Position numbers and translations under genes: made by a program
Notes under the pieces: model-generated
Told to the model about the DNA's origin: nothing
The model's input: the letters and a program-made list of their open reading frames with translations, nothing else
The model's database searches: none
Shown here: positions 1 to 13,142 of the stretch, piece after piece
Layout: the number at the start of each line of letters is the position of its first letter
Position numbering within the stretch: the first letter of the stretch is position 1
Assembly (NCBI GenBank): GCA_003344405.1
Contig: NOWV01000115.1
Span: forward strand, 186,001 to 244,829
DNA length: 58,829 bases
Reading direction: 5' to 3'
DNA from: Trichoplax sp. H2
Lineage: Eukaryota

Positions 1-1436
1 TCTGCAGCAGAATTAACATTAATTTGATGGTGCATCTAGGATGATAATAGCAGCGTTGGCAAAAATAGATTGGAAATTTCTGGTTTCGTGTTATGTCATA
101 AGTTAAGGATGGTAAACAGTAAAATAAATACACAGAAGGTGCATGTAATATATCCTGATTTTATCTATTAAATAAAGAATATAAATATTTAATTCGGCAC
201 TATCTGTCCATAGATTAAGAATACTCTTTTGGATACTCTCAAACTATGATAGTTCACTTTAAAGAAAATTCTAAACTTTAATTTGCATGTTTTACTAAAG
301 AGGCAACTAAAATTCAGCACAAATTGTCAATTTGACATTCAATCCATTACGTAAGCTGGCGACATCGGATACTAAAGTTTACACGGAAATTTTAAACTGA
401 CAGCGAAAAGTTATCATCACATTTTATTGATATTGAATTTACCTAGAGTAACATATTTTGTGAGATTACGTATATAATATAATCTTGCTATAAATTCTCA
501 TCAGTATCTTCTAATTGTAAAAAATAAATCGGGAGTTTTAATGTTGCAATCAGATACGATGAGTTTGCCGTACTAAAGCAATAGAAAGCCAGTACAGTAA
601 AATGTATCATATATCAATAACAACATTTAAGACGTACTTGTAGAGTCTGCAGATGCGTTTAAAGAGCCAACTCTTGCAATGTATAGCAAAAAAAGGATAC
701 TGCATTAACTACAGTACTAGATTCAAGATAATTACTGCAAGCACTTCTGTGTTACATTATTGAACGAAGATTATAAAGATGTCACTTAGTATTTCATTTT
801 ATTTACTGTATATATATATACATATACATCTCCAGTAATATTTAGAATTTGAGTGACCTGTGGGCAACTTGAGCTCTCCCATGCCATACTCTATCTAGTA
901 TATCGTCTAAATATATCATCTAGGGCATTTTTCTTATCATTCTGAAAATTTTAAAATTTGCCTTATTGTCGCCAATCAATTTATCCAATCTCGATAATAA
1001 TACCCACATTTTTACGGATTTACTTTTTTATTAGCATTATTGTTGTTGTGATTTCACAACCATAACAGCTTCGATAATACATTCGGTAGATTTCATTTTT
1101 CATCCGATCGGTAGCATGATTAATTGATTGGTGAGATAGAAATTTATGCGTTGGTAATTAAAGTTAAAATTAGATTATGACTTACATCGTATCATTTTTA
1201 TGAGTACAAACATCATAAGAAGGAGAAGAAAATGCTACTCACCTCAGATAACAGTAAGAAGGGGTTAATAAGCTAGATTAATTATCACCGAACATAACAC
1301 ATAGCATTGTAAAGATGGTATCAGCAATTTTTATAAATAAATAGGGAAAGCTTACGTTATAAGTTCTTCTCGTTCAATAATGACTTACCAACTACAAAAT
1401 GCATTCTCTACACGTAGTGGTCTGTTCTGTAATGGC

Positions 1437-2333
1437 TTAAGGTATCTGTATATCAGCAGAAAATACATGGAATGCAGGGCCGGAAACTTTGACCTCTAAA
1501 GGGTCTCTTCGAAGTATATAAACAGTTGTACGTCCAGGTCTTCCTACAAAATCTCCTTGTTCAGTGTTAACTTTGGCTAATGGTTGTGGAATCATTCCAT
1601 TTCGAACCATATAAGCAGTCAATGGACCTTGAGATGATCCAGTTACTGGGTCTTCTGCAATTCCTATTAAAGGTCCAAACACCCTACTATGTGCATGGCT
1701 GTTTTCATCGACACCATGAGGTGTTAATGCACAATAAAGTATAATATTATGTTGTTCGGCATGAACTTTAGCAGTCTTTTGATTGATATTGAGCTCTTTC
1801 AGCTGTTGCAATGATTTAATAGCAAAATAAACGTAGCGATTAGTTTTTTCCATCAAGATTGGTTTGGATTGATCGATAGCATCTAAATTAATGGCTAATG
1901 CTGCAGCAAGTTGTGCATGATTGAAAGGTAGAGGATCAAGATTAATAGAGAGAGGAAAGAAAGAAATAATCGGTTCTTTACCACTCCAATCGATTTCACC
2001 TTTGACTAAACCAGCATTAATTTCAATATCATATTGTTTCACGATACCCTGATCAGCACCAAATCTTTTCTCTTTAGCAATCGTGGCCAATGTTGCTAAC
2101 GTTACGTGACCACAAAATGTGATTTCTGCATCGCTAGGAGTAAAATAACGCAAGCGAAAATTGGCACGTTGACTTGTTAAAACATAACCAGTCGCGGAAT
2201 TATTCATTTCTCGAGCAATATTTTTCATATCTTTCTCTGTCAGATTATCGGCATCGAGTACAACTGCTCCTGGATTGCCACCAAATAATTGAGCTGAGAA
2301 TGCATCAAATTGATGAATGCGATTAGTTTTCAT
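1437..2333 (-). CDS. PhzF/YddE-family (DapF-fold) isomerase-like protein, 298 aa, intronless
   Basis: Family motifs FDAFS..FGGNP.AVV, M..IAREMNNS, LRYFTP..EITFCGH.T, SRVFGP..GIAEDPVTGS and EQG..GRPG in one uninterrupted ORF. Confidence 0.92.
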   Translation of the reverse strand: MKTNRIHQFDAFSAQLFGGNPGAVVLDADNLTEKDMKNIAREMNNSATGYVLTSQRANFRLRYFTPSDAEITFCGHVTLATLATIAKEKRFGADQGIVKQYDIEINAGLVKGEIDWSGKEPIISFFPLSINLDPLPFNHAQLAAALAINLDAIDQSKPILMEKTNRYVYFAIKSLQQLKELNINQKTAKVHAEQHNIILYCALTPHGVDENSHAHSRVFGPLIGIAEDPVTGSSQGPLTAYMVRNGMIPQPLAKVNTEQGDFVGRPGRTTVYILRRDPLEVKVSGPAFHVFSADIQIP

Positions 2334-2933
2334 GTTGATTTAGGTCAGTGTTGAATCAAGTGCTGTTGTAGAACGTTGGCAAGGTGAAATACGGATTCAT
2401 TTCTTGCTCGAATTCCTCCTTAAAGGTAATGCTCACACCAGATATAGAAAGATGGCATGATCATGTATACAAATCGATCAGGTGATCTTCAGCCTATTAA
2501 CAAACTTGATACGGTATTGTATAAGTTGAGCAAATTCATTTTCACTATCATGATGCAAATTAAATCGATGCAACATGTAGGAAATCGACAGCAGCATTTT
2601 GCTGTAATAGCAACAAAAATTGACTAATACACTGTCTAATAGCAGTGTACTGTAGACTATTGAATAGTCTCTTTCTTTCTAGAATCTCTTGTCTGCAATG
2701 CATTAAATCGATCTGATCATCTTCAGCTTTACTGAATATGACGATACTATGCAGCGATTTCGATATAATGAAGGAAAATGAACACATCTAGCTTTTTCGA
2801 AGGATATGCCCTAGACTGACGGTACTACTACTTTACTAGTAATACAGTTGCAATAATAATTCATTCACTATACTCTACTCCTACTTGAGTAAATGAAAAC
2901 TAAATTGTATATTTGAAGAGTACTGTACATCAA

Positions 2934-2953
2934 NNNNNNNNNNNNNNNNNNNN
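2934..2953. other. Assembly gap (20 N) between overlapping, probably allelic contig ends
   Basis: 2296..2933 recurs at 2954..4074 with a few SNPs plus a 483-bp insertion. Confidence 0.9.
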
Positions 2954-3139
2954 GAGAATGCATCAAATTGATGAATGCGATTAGTTTTCATGTTGATTTA
3001 GGTCAGTGTTGAATCAAGTGCTGTTGTAGAACGTTGGCAAGGTGAAATACGGATTCATTTCTTGCTCGAATTCCTCCTTAAAGGTAATGCTCACACCAGA
3101 TATAGAAAGATGGCATGATTATGTATGCAAATCGATCAG

Positions 3140-3619
3140 GGAGATGCGGGAAATTTCGAATTTATGGTACCAACGTACTGTACCAACAGAAAGTGGTCCT
3201 GGTCCTGTAGTACTGTACTGTACTGCACAGACTGTGTAACTAACCATGCATATCCCCCGTTATTAATAATGCACTACGTAACGACATGTAACAGTACTGT
3301 ACTGTATACATAAGTCTCATTTGTACTGTAGCGGAAACGCTCTTCAGAAGAAGAGTAAGAAGCATAGGGGCAAAATTGCTAAAGGACGAAATGACTTCCT
3401 TACTTTCTTGCCACTCTCGAGCTTCCGAATCCGAAGCCCTGTTCTTACTGTGCTGTACTGTACTGTATAATCTGTAGCCATCTGTAATGTACGATACCGA
3501 AGCGCCGTCATCGGTATGATAACGATAATACTGTACTGTACAGTACTGCACCGTAGTGCTGTAGATCAAACTGTGTAACTTTGCAGTTTGCACGTAATTT
3601 CGAAATTTCCCGTATCTCC
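3140..3619. mobile_element. 480-bp non-autonomous DNA transposon (MITE), PIF/Harbinger-like by its 3-bp CWG TSD
   Basis: Left end GGAGATGCGGGAAATTTCGAATTTA and right end TAATTTCGAAATTTCCCGTATCTCC form a ~25-bp imperfect TIR. CAG flanks both ends (3137-3139, 3620-3622). The empty site with a single CAG is at 2479-2481. The interior is rich in TACTG/CAGTA repeats and has no transposase ORF. Confidence 0.88.
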
Positions 3620-4778
3620 CAGGTGATCTTCAGCCTATTAACAAACTTGATACGGTATTGTATAAGTTGAGCAAATTCATTTTCACTATCATGATGCAAA
3701 TTAAATCGATGCAACATGTAGGAAATCGACAGCAGCATTTTGCTGTAATAGCAACAAAAATTGACTAATACACTGTCTAATAGCAGTGTACTGTAGACTA
3801 TTGAATAGTCTCTTTCTTTCTAGAATCTCTTGTCTGCAATGCATTAAATCGATCTGATCATCTTCAGCTTTACTGAATATGACGATACTATGCAGCGATT
3901 TCGATATAATGAAGGAAAATGAACACATCTAGCTTTTTCGAAGGATATGCCCTAGACTGACGGTACTACTACTTTACTAGTAATACAGTTGCAATAATAA
4001 TTCATTCACTATACTCTACTCCTACTTGAGTAAATGAAAACTAAATTGTATATTTGAAGAGTACTGTACATCAAGTTAAACCACTGCATCAGCATCAGTA
4101 AGAGTACTACTCCCTCTCGAACATATCGAAACCGGATAATTTACCGCATTAAATTGATTTTACACTGTATAGGATTAAACGCTATAAAATGTTTAATCCA
4201 AACTCGTAATATTAAAACAGGCATCTTACTGCATTAGATTAATTTTATGCGGTAAGCTGTATAAGATTGAACACTGCAAAGTATTCAATTCACCCTCGTA
4301 ATATCAAATCTGTATTGATATTGTTTTCGCAAATTTCATGCAAGTAACATAACAGCAATTACTAATTGTATTACGCATCGCTCTTTTAATTTGCGATTTA
4401 TTCCCTTCTTTCACCGATACTGCCCCAATATTTGAATGTATTATTATAGTATATTGTTCAATTATATTAAAATCAATCTAGTATACTGTAGTACTTTAAA
4501 ATTCTGCAATAAAAGCAGAATGCAGTATTATCAATTATACTGTCTTTAATTCAGAATAAGATGAAGAAGTTATTTTCCAGAATTTCATTCGCTAAGCTTT
4601 CATTTGACCGCGGTATGGGCTTGGTGATGGAAAAAGTTTCTATTTGTCTCCAAATAATATTTAGCAGCCTTTCTTTCACCAATACTTACAGCCATCCTAC
4701 AGTTGTAATGTTAACTTACAGTATTCCTCTCGCTAACTACGCATGAAATGTTTGAAACGAACTTTTTGATTTAGTGAC

Positions 4779-4902
4779 CATGAATTATTCAATTATACTA
4801 AATAGGCTTTTATTCTGATCTGCTGCTTGATAGTACTGATCATGAATTATTCAATTATGCTAAATAGGCTTTTATTCTGATCTACTGCTTGACATTACTG
4901 AT
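4779..4902. repeat. 62-bp tandem duplication
   Basis: CATGAATTATTCAATTAT.CTAAATAGGCTTTTATTCTGATCT.CTGCTTGA occurs at 4779 and 4841. Confidence 0.85.
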
Positions 4903-6192
4903 TCATATAGACGATAATCTCATATAATCTCAACCAAATAGTACCTTAAAATTGCCATAGTGCTAATTTTATCATGACTTCATCTTTAAGAGGATCTTTG
5001 AGGCAGAAAGAGAAGGATCTTGCCGTAGTCTACGCAGTATTTGCAGAAACGTAAACTATGTCGTCCATATGAATACTTCCAGGAGCATAAGCTTAACAGC
5101 ATTAGTCTGAAAAGTCTAATAGCTTAAAACAAAAATAGTACTCGTATTTATCAGCGGATTAGCGAAAACTAGAATGCATCATTAGCACCTGGGATGGTTT
5201 GCTTGTTTCCTATAAAGAAAGATCTTACGGTAAGATCAAATTTTGAAAATCACTTTTGCTCATGTTTTGAGCATCCATACCTCAACCAGCTTGCCAATTT
5301 GTAATTGCAAGCATTTTTGTTCGTTATACTCAATATGTTTATCAACGTCAAAAGTAGTCTATATTTAAATGATTTGTTATCTTTAACTATTGAAAACAAA
5401 CGATTAGATCTTACCTTTTTCATCATCATATGGTCAGTTAATTTATTTTGCATCGATGGTTGGTAATGAATGATGAATTATTCAGCCTAAAAGTGGTAAA
5501 GGACCTTTTAAACGTAATTGAAATCTATCTTATATGCTATTACAGACCGTACTGACCAGATTTTGAGTAGCATCAATGATTACCATAATTATTTAGTGCT
5601 TTAAGAAAATCTGTTTTAGCTAATAGAACATTTGGCGGTCAGAATTACAAGAATTATAAACACTCCATAACATTATAACGAAAATAGTGCAAAACAAGGA
5701 AGTTACTAAATCTGAATTTGTAATAAAGGTTTATCCCACGCTCAAATTATTTTGGCAATACTTGCGTAAAAGTGATTAGTATTTAGAGACCGACATCTCT
5801 TTATTACAAGGGAATTTACTATCGTTTTCACGTGATGAAAACTAAGTTTATTGAATTACATTGTAGATTGATTTGCTTTTTTGGTGAAATTATGACTTAT
5901 TCATAAATACAGATTATGGATTCATTGAGTATCTCAGTAATGAGCTGTCTTTTATACGTTGTATGGTTATGTTTTTTCAGATATATATCCACCGCCTTTC
6001 AGCCAATTTCGTTTAATTGAAGGCTTAGGAACATGCACCTATTTTCTAGCTTGGATATGACACAGACACAGCTTTTCTTCAATAGGTAAAGCTGTTATGT
6101 ATTATTTAAAATTGAAACAGTGTTACTTTTTATTTTTATTTTGCCAGCAGATGTCTAACGGGTAGCTAATTCCAAGCTCAGTTACTGAAAGT

Positions 6193-9100
6193 ATGTTACT
6201 ATCTCTATGTTGCGTTATTTCCTTATTAACTGCTATTTCGTCGGCATCCAATGGAACTGACTGCTTACAAACATGCTATCTGCATGTAAATCACCAAGAA
6301 ATTACTTATTTACAGTTTTCGAGAACAATCAACGACGGTGCAACGCGAGTAGTTTACTTTGATATATTGCGGGATCACTACTATAATGTTAACGCAACAC
6401 TGTATGCTTGGGTTCGAGATAATGTTGGAGAGCCAGTCTTCTCTTTACCCATTGACTATATTGCAACATCCTTTAGCTTACCGATGGTATTCATTGATTA
6501 TGTACAAGTCGAGTTTAATGAATCTACTTCACGTTGCTATATGCAATCAAGTCAGTTTTGCCAAAAGATTATGATTATGTCAGCATTAGCTAAAATGACC
6601 AGACTAGATAATCGATGTAATGGAACGAATTGTGGCAGCCTGTGTCGAAGACATTTTCATTTTCGAGACCAAGGTGATCTTGAACACAACACGTACTCAT
6701 GTTGTCCCGAAAATAGCCTGGAAAAACAAGTGGATTTAGTGAAATGTCTTCAGCCACAGCAATTGAAACCTTATATTCCACTGCTACGATCCTTTACTAT
6801 TATATTGGGAAGTTTGATAAGCTGTACAGTTTTATCTGCTATAGCAAATCGAGTTATAAAATCACTAGGAAGGTAAGCCACAGTAGCTGTATAAATTAAT
6901 TATTAGTTACAATTTATTGTTACAGTTAAGGTACTCCATTATAAATTACATTATCAGCTAAAAATATTTTATGATTGCACAGTCTTTAAGAACATATATT
7001 CTGAACAGTTTTCCTAAATCTTGATCAAGTATGAATGGCTTAGTAAAAAGGTTTTATGTAACCATAATCGCATAGTTGCAATAGGATGATAGTCTAAAAT
7101 GAAGATTATAAGTTCATTATTTAGAACATTGTCTTACGATGCTGTAGTTAGCAATAACATTTAAATTTGGACATGTAAAGATTCTTAGATTGTTCTTATA
7201 CAAGATTAATTGCTGCTTGTTTTAGAGTGTACATTAATTTAAAAGAATCACTATCATGACGTAGTAAGGTAAATGTAGTATTAAAGTAAACGTTGAGTAA
7301 AGGTTGCGGGGTGTTTCTTTGTTAAATATAGCTGGAATTTTTCCTAATACATACTGTTAATGATAACCGTACAGACATGTAAACTTAAGCTTAACAATCA
7401 TTAATTATAACATATCAAATATTCATCGCCATTATAGATAATATTTTCAACTATTTTATTTTTCTAGCACAATTACAGTTCAAAGTAATTCGTCTCCAAG
7501 CGTTGAGGATAATGGCGTTAAAGAAAGTGCTCTGAGAAAAATGTATATATTGTCACCAATTACTCGTCAAACTTCTATGTTTAATTATTTTAAAAATTTA
7601 ATGAGCGAAAATCAGTCACTACAAAGAATGCATTATATATGTTATACAGCCATAGGTATTATAGCTATCATCTTTGCTAGTTTGTCTCTTACTGTGCAAA
7701 CACAGCCATTACCTTTTGTCAGAAGTCTTAAGCTTGTGGCTTTGGAAATACCGTGGACAATTATAACCTTTGCCTCACTTCTTACAGTTTATTACATATG
7801 CAGCATTTTTTTTATTAGAATATATTTATCATGCATAGGACACAATCCGTCAAGTAAGCAGTATCATTATAAATCTCGACATGTAAGATCTTATTACCAA
7901 AATTCTATTTTAAATTACGTAGATATATGGCATCCAGTTCAATTTATAAGTCAATTTATCCGAATACAAATGTTTCAACGTGATCCATCACTAAGCAATA
8001 TTAATCGGTCTAATATTATTTTTATCATGTCGTGGATGCATGGTTTCATAACCATTGCCTCTATTTTTATTTCATTACAATGTATATTTCGAATGATTAT
8101 CAGTGCATCTTCCTTTATTGTAGCTTACTCCTTATATTTTAGTAATATTATAACCATTACTATTCCTTTTATATATTATATCTACATTACGATTGATGCC
8201 TATATTAATAGAATGGATAAACTCTGTGGTGATATTACTGCCACCTTGCCTCAGGTAGAGAATGAACTAACAAGTATTTTAGAAACTGACGAAGGTGAAA
8301 TAGAAATCTATTTTAAAATCGACCAGGATCAAAAAGTGGTTAAATATACTAAAACAAGAAAAGAAAATGACAAAACTAATGGCGATGCTAATATTACAGC
8401 TTCCAATAGAGAGTTGCAAGTGTTAAAAACTCATACTTCAAGCTCACCAAAACCTTATTTGTTATCGATGCTTGAAGATAGCGATGATAATGATAAACTA
8501 TTTGCAGATGAAACAGATGGGCTTCATGACTGTGGCTTGATTAATGAATTACATCAAGCTGCAATAGGCCATATTGATGTTCCAGAAATGCTTATTCCAC
8601 ATAAGGAAGAGATTCAAAAGAAACTGCAGCAGATTTTTGATTCTGGTACCATTCAGTTTGATAAGGGCACCTATAAAATTTTCTTTCATTACATAAGAAA
8701 TGATAATAATAAAATTCAGGTCGATTTGCCCCCTTGGAATGATCATCATTTGTATAAAGGTTGTATAATAGACTTGAAACCACTGGCAAATCAAATTGAG
8801 GAATATCTTCAAAATTGGAATATTGAACAATTTAAACAGAATTTAGTTAAAGTGTATGATCGGTTAGGTTATATCGATGAAGTTGAATGCGTTGCGATAC
8901 CGGAAGGATTATTCAATTGGATTCGTTATTATTCGCCGGAATTATCATTTACCGTTTGGTCGGTTGTATGGAAAATTACTGTTTCATCTGGTATTTATGC
9001 CGCTCTACTGTTAGCCATTCCGGCTTATTCTCACATTGATTCTTTTGCTGATTTCAATGCAGCTATCACTAAATTACCTGTTTCTCTAGTCACCATTATC

Positions 9101-9331
9101 ATTGCTTTGAAATGCTTTCAAGAATCTACTGTAGATCAGGAAGTAGCCAGAAAAATGTTATTATCCTATTTGATTCGATATAGAAGGGGCTATCAATTCT
9201 TTCATGAACAAGGCAATAATCCTGGGATATTTTCACTTCTTGGGAATTTTATAGCATCATTTTCTCATTCTAGAAAAGCTCGGCAATATATTCGGCTTCG
9301 TATGGGTAGTCATCATGATATTTCCATATAA
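6193..9331 (+). CDS. Uncharacterised multi-pass membrane protein, paralog A (~847 aa; exons 6193..6872 and 7468..9331)
   Basis: Signal peptide, then a Cys-rich domain with N-glycosylation sequons. A phase-2 intron (AG|GTAAG at 6873; TTTCTAG| at 7467) joins it in frame to the 596-aa ORF, which has about 6-7 further hydrophobic segments. Paralog B has the same intron. Confidence 0.85.
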
Positions 9332-12300
9332 TTAGATGAGATCAAATAATATAATTTCAGGTCATACTTATTAGCAGCAATTTACAATATCGAAGCATAT
9401 GGTATTTAGTTTACGGATCGATATTTTGAAGTAAAAATAAGTGTTTTATGCCTCTAGATATAAAATGATAAGTATGACGGTTATAAATCGCAGAATCGTC
9501 ACCTCACAATAAAAATATTGTGATAGGTTTAATAGATTATAATAGCGGTATAATGTTTAGAATGGGACCAGTAACTGCAATTTAAAGTAAATCGATTACA
9601 AAGTCTAAATATTTAAGAATTATTAAAAATATTTTTATCTAGATAATAACTAGCATAACAGCCAACTTGAAGCTCTTATCTTCTGTTTTATGCCATTGAT
9701 TTTTTTATTTACTATAAATACTATGACTACTTGATTGCATAATAAGAAAACAAATCTTATTATTATAAATTTTAAGTTAAAGCCAATAAACTTGTCATAA
9801 AATGAGTATTTCAGTATTCAAAGTGTGATGAACTCTTTCAGCGAGTAATATATCGCATGCAAAGTCTTAAAATACCTGTATCAAAATGTCAGTCTTGTTA
9901 TGTCAATCAAATGTTCTAAGATTACTTAAAACAAACAAAAAACGAATCAATTTTTAATCAAGCAATAACTTTAAAATACGTGCAACTGATGTTTTCCTAC
10001 TACATCTTGTATATCTTTAACAGTTAGCAGTATTTCATAAAATTTCAAGTTCATCTGAGTAGACGATATTTTACTTGAAAGTTCATCCAATTTTTTCTTT
10101 CCTGTCACCATCATTTTCAGTACTTTATCTTAAATATTGATATTCTGTAACGTCTATAACCTCGAATACTATTTCAAATAGGTGCAGGTAGATGCTGATA
10201 TTCGTAGAAAAACCCTTATTGACGTAGACATAATGTTGTCACTATTTCAAATACTCCTCTATGAGCGTTATTTATATTATGGAATAAGAGATTTAAAATG
10301 GAAATTAAATTTCGAGTAATGTAGGGAATATTAGTATTGCTGAAGATCCATTTAATTATGGGAACGATCGCTAGAAAATCTTCACGCAATACTTGTAGAA
10401 TAAATTTAGTTCTCTCGTGAAACGCACTCCATTTGAATGGAAAGAAGTCCTATTAGGGGCAGTGTTTAAGATTCTATTGAGATAGTATAGGTCTCAAGCG
10501 TTTATAGTTTGAATATTAACAGCGTTTAATTGACTCTATGTAGCTAAATCTCAGTACTACTTTGCGCCCTTGGATACTTAAACTTGACATAGCTATTCGC
10601 ATTTGTTCATATGAACTTATTTCTAATTATTGAGATTCTCATAGAATTAATAAAGCTTTGACATGAAAAATACTTTACTAAAGAATTGGAACTACTAGAA
10701 ACAGTACTTTGACATTATTTGGAATTCAAATCAACATCACGGTATATCGCTGATATCTATCTTTGGCAAACCTACGAGATTTCAGTAATTGATATACGTT
10801 CTCGGAATATGGCTATTGCTTTGATATAGTGTCACGATATGAACAACCTGAAATATCAGCTGACTAAATTCACGTTAGTAAAATCAAGTTCCTATATGGT
10901 AAACATAATTAATCCCTTACAGTAGGAATATAAGGTACTTGCTTAAGAAAAATTATGATTTTGACTTATTATAGTACGAAACCTTACGCTAATTCATTTT
11001 AAATCTACCATCTACGAGACGATCAAACTGATTCACTAGCTTTGATTAATTTACAAGCATTTCAGGTAACAATAGAGCTGACGCCATTGTCATTGTTAAA
11101 TAATGATATTACAAAGCTAGTTTTCAAAGCGAGGGATTTCCAATTTTAATATTTCTACATGTAAGATGAGTATAGTATTGGTCTTATATAATAAAACCTT
11201 ATGGTAAACATTATTCAAAATACTTTACATAAAATAGCACAGAGCTGAGATTATAGCTTGTTATACCGGCCCATTATTATTGCTAGCGTGGCGGTGCATT
11301 TCAGCTCATTATTCATCAGACTATATTGTATCCAATTTATTCAATGATTATAGAAATGTCAATAATTATAATAGGCTGCTCTTGTTATTCAAGCAGAATT
11401 GTTCTGCTTGATTAGTGTTATAGCGATCGTTGTAATGGAATATATGTGATGCGGTACTTTCTAGTTGCTATAGTACTAGATGCATTGTGCTGTCAATTTA
11501 ACACCAAGATTTGAATATATTAAGAGGTCTTTTTAATTGTAACGAAAATAACCATAGGCGTAAATAGCGATTATCGCTATTGTTAGTGCTTACGACTATT
11601 TAAGAAGGTTGTTGAAGGAGTGTTAATTCTTGTTCGAATCATTTATTATTTCATTACTATTGCGCTTAAAAGGCGCGTTCATCCGATGGATTAATTGGAA
11701 GATTTCAGTAATTGGGTAAAAGACGTGTCGTAAATTGCATTTAAATATTGATACAGCACCACAACGCTTTGAGTACGAATATATAAGGGTATAAGATAGA
11801 AGAATTCGTTCAAGGTTAGACTGCTCAAAAATAAGAAAGTAGCAATCGAATACGATCGTGAACTTTAAAACGGTGAATTTGTTGCTTCTAAAAAAGAGTA
11901 AACAACTGCTAGTAATACTAATATGCATAGCTTTATTGCAGCGGTTTCGTTTAGATTGATTTTTCTTGTTCAATACTAGACAGAAACCGTAGTTCACTTG
12001 TAACGATGACTTACAGGTTGTAGTTGAATAGATACAAAATATGACTTTAAAAACTTCCCTTTCATTGAACTACCGAAAGTAAAATTTTACTGACATTGTT
12101 TGTAGGAGTATGTCACGTTCTGTAATAGTTACATAATTAGTATGTTATCTTCTTTCTATATATGGTTAAATATCACGATGTTATCACGTCAGGCGTATAT
12201 AGATGTAGTTATGGTACTATATTAAGGTTATCTATATATGTATTCTCATGTTGCCATACTTGGCATGATAGTCTATTTGTAATGTCTAAACTAGGGAAAC

Positions 12301-13142
12301 CTTTCTGTTAGTGATGATCTTGTGATTTACGTCAGTAGATCAAAGGCCACAATAAAGAAAGTATATAAACTCTTCATTTTAACAATAAAGTTAGTTCTTT
12401 AACTTAATTACTGGGTCTCCTTGCTGAGTGCAGATCTAGTACTTGTTACAAAATTTAGAAGTTTTAACAGAGTGCTACGACTTTCTTAAAAAGGCGTTAA
12501 AATTACAATCGAAGTTTTTTCTTAATCAATTATTTGTAATACTTAGCGCTTCTTATCCTTTACTCGTCGGTGATTTTAACATCTTACTTGTGAATTAAAT
12601 AATTTCGTTTTCGCGAGTAATAAAACAGATCTTGGATAACTCAAATATAATTCCTTGAATAGAGTAAATAGATTTGTTCCTATAATAAATCTATCTGTAG
12701 GTGTGACATAGAATAGAAATATGTAGATTTCAAGGGATCAATGACTAATTGTTTGTTGTTCAAGTAATAATTCAATTTATTCGTTGATAAGTGATTATAT
12801 TAGGGTATTAGTGCCGTTAAATTAATTCTAATTGAGCTGGATATATTCATTCTAGTAGAAATACATGAATATGAGTATATCTCAGTTATGTAGTTCTGTA
12901 GCAAAAATATTATCTTCATTACCTATTTATGATCGAATACAAATTATTGCTTACTTTAGCAGTGAGCTAAATTTCATCATTACATTTTTTTTAGAAATCT
13001 ACCCCAACTTCACACAGATTTGACACTGGTAAGAAGTCAATAGCTCTATTAAAACTTTCTTTTAATATGTCGTATATTTGAGAAATTAATATTTTGCACA
13101 TACTTTTCATCATCTGCCAGCTAAAAACCTAGTAAATATCCA

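Noticed and set aside
2357-2422. Perfect Shine-Dalgarno-like TAAGGAGG (minus strand, 2415-2422) upstream of the PhzF gene
   Set aside because: It is ~80 nt from the PhzF ATG and 14 nt from an out-of-frame 14-codon ORF. An 8-mer can occur by chance in a window this size.
2560-3928. Identical 75-aa ORFs at 2560..2787 and 3701..3928, and short ORFs inside the MITE
   Set aside because: They result from the allelic overlap and from TACTG low-complexity sequence, and have no recognisable protein features.
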